A stretch of DNA of 38,013 nt from contig MU271225.1 in the NCBI GenBank assembly GCA_021432655.1, positions 62,001 to 100,013 of the forward strand, written 5' to 3'. The notes below the pieces were generated by a model. It was not told the origin of the DNA. It saw only the letters and a program-made list of their open reading frames with translations, and did not search any database. This DNA is from Atractiella rhizophila. Its lineage: Eukaryota. Each line of letters starts with the position of its first letter. Position 1 is the first letter of the stretch. The position numbers were made by a program, and so were the translations under genes. Shown piece after piece: positions 35,814-38,013 of this stretch.

Positions 35814-38013
35814 TTATATCGAGTCTGGAAGATACATTTCCTCATTCTGGTCTGCATCTCCTTCAACCAGAAAGTCGTCTGCATCCGGTTCGAGAGCTGT
35901 GTCAATGACTGTATCCGACTGGTGGCGAAAAAGAATCCACACGAATGCTGTACCGTTGCCGTCTTCAGCTTGAAAAATCCCGATCAAACGGTGGATCTGG
36001 TCCAGAGGTACAAGCTGATAAAGATTACGAGCGGTGGGGTGAGCGGGACTGCAAGGTGCGAGACCAATCAAAACTCTATTATTGTATGTTCTATATGAGA
36101 ATGAAATACATACCTGCAAGGTGCGAGACCAATCAAAACTCTGGGTCTCACACTTGCAGGGGAAGTTATTTTATAGCATAAAAGCTGAGTAATAAGAAAA
36201 AGGAACCAAGGAAATATGACTTCATACCAGCAAGAGAAAGGAGGATGCGTTTATGCTCCCGTGGCCCCATCACAAGCCGATACTCGTCGCTTCATTGGCA
36301 GAGGATCTCACTCTGTAAGGGGTTTGCTCGTTTGTTGAAAAGCTGAGTGAGCGCGAAGAGCCTGTCGGCTATTGCATCTGCTGTTGGGTTGAAGAAGGAC
36401 TCTGGAATTCGAATGTAGACAACAGCCTCACCATAGAAGACGTCTCCAGCATCATCAATGCCCTATCTGTCATGTCAGAGGAGTTTGTAGCTCATATAAG
36501 TGCACTAATCTAAATCTGACCTGAAATCTGCGAGCCCTTCTTGCTTCGAATTTCCATGACCGTTCGAGTCTCCGAGAGTGAATAACATCCCCATTAGCCA
36601 AAGAACACCGGCCCCAGTGCTCCCATTTTGCAACAGTCTTCTCCATATCTATTCCGTCAAGATTCTTGCCATGAGAGGCACAGTAGGATTGAATCAAATT
36701 GATCTCATGCATCCATTCTACGAATTAATCGCTGCCTCGCAGTTTGACTAACTTGGTGACAGGAATAGACGTCCATCGAGGTGAAGAGACAGAGTTGTGA
36801 GAGGATATAAGGACAACTGACAGAACCGAGGGGCAGACTTGCCATGAATGGGATTTTCATCTGGATAGAGAACATCAACGATGTTCAGCTGCTCTTGCAA
36901 AAGTGCTTGGTTAAGGAGATTCTCTTGATACTTGTTGTCCTGGTTGATACACTTTTTAAGATAACCGATCATTCCCTCCATAGGAAATTACGAGTAGAGA
37001 ATTCCTGGGCCCCACCAGAGAATCCAATCGGCAACGTGCAAGAGATGGTGGATGCACATGGGTATTCGAACAAGTCGAGACCGATCCCCTTGTACAAATA
37101 CCTTCTCCCAGCCTGTAACGAAATTGGCAAAATATTCTCGAATTTTGAGCCGCTGCTCTTCTGTAATCTGATGCTGCCATGCGAGCCGGCAGCCACAGAC
37201 AAAAGAATCAATTACGTTTAGGACATTGAGAGGAAATCCAAGGAGGAAAAGGCTAGGAAGAAGCAGCCAGTCGTAAATGTCCCACCATTCGTGCATCTTG
37301 TACTGAGTGTTTTGAAATCGGTATATGTTTCGAGGAGCCGCCTGAGAGAAGGCGTAGGGAATATCGATTTTGGAGCGTTCGATCATGTTCCCAAATTCCT
37401 CATGAATTTGCTGTGTCGGATGCCTTGGTTCAGGAAGTGACTCCTGCTTGTTGATCCCCATGGTAGAATCGAAAATGAGTTCAGCATCATTCTTCCAATG
37501 GAGATGAGCAAGATCCCCAGCAAAAAAGGTCCAAGGATCACGAAATGTAGCGAGACCAGATATGGGCGTGACGGAAATGACGCCACTGTCACGAGCTATC
37601 TCTGAACGAGCTTTTTGGGTCATCGCAGGGGCTAGGTCCTTTGCTATTTGTGTGTATTCTGTCGTTGTGCGAATGAGAAGGTTTAGAGGATCGTAGGCGA
37701 CTAGGCGATAATCAGGTAGTGTACCATCATCCTGAGGACGTGATATACATGGGTAATAGTAGTGTTGGCCAAGAAGCCGACCGATAAGCTTGCAAAAGCG
37801 ACAGCCACACTTGCCTTGATGGCCCGTGCAGCCGTTAGCCTTTGCAGAGCCAAGCATGTCACCTATGTGTCTTTCAATGTGAGTTTAAAGGAAGCAGTGT
37901 GAGTAAGATATTTCGATACCGTTTCAACTCACCTCCTAACACCTACACCCTACGACCTATAGCTTCCACCAAACAAACCTTTCCTACCGACTAGTTGTTC
38001 GAGCCATTCTTAG
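35814..38013 (-). pseudogene. Tnp2/Transposase_21-like (CACTA/EnSpm) transposase, 3' part, with nonsense codons
   Basis: GDMLGSAKANGCTGHQGKCGCRFC, GDLAHLHWKN, PRNIY...YKMHEW, IHHLLHVADWILWWGP and YS*FPMEGMIGYLK (in-frame TAA 36988-36990). Then WGRCSLANGDVIHS, FYGEA and LDQIHRLIGIF. A second stop (TGA) lies at 36292-36294. The gene runs off the window edge. Confidence 0.85.

Overview
Eukaryotic, intron-containing DNA that looks fungal, probably a basidiomycete (inferred from short ~45-60 nt GT-AG introns and the transposon families). The window has three zones. (1) 1-8.8 kb is a retrotransposon graveyard: the 3' part of a decayed Ty1/copia element with its PPT and 192-bp LTR, and several solo LTRs. 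One head-to-head LTR pair has swapped target-site duplications, recording a micro-inversion. (2) 10-20 kb holds ordinary host genes: an F-box-like protein, a DCAF6/DCAF8-like WD40 protein, a type I membrane protein with CBM-like repeats, and an APH/choline-kinase-like phosphotransferase. (3) 20.8-38 kb is a DNA-transposon zone. It contains an apparently intact ~1200-aa CMC/CACTA-like transposase with a BAH-like C-terminus, a divergently transcribed spliced acidic/NLS gene, a pseudogenised Tnp2-like transposase, a probable third decayed transposase and an orphan gene with YSPPRQxGM repeats. All family assignments come from motif recognition by eye; no searches were run.
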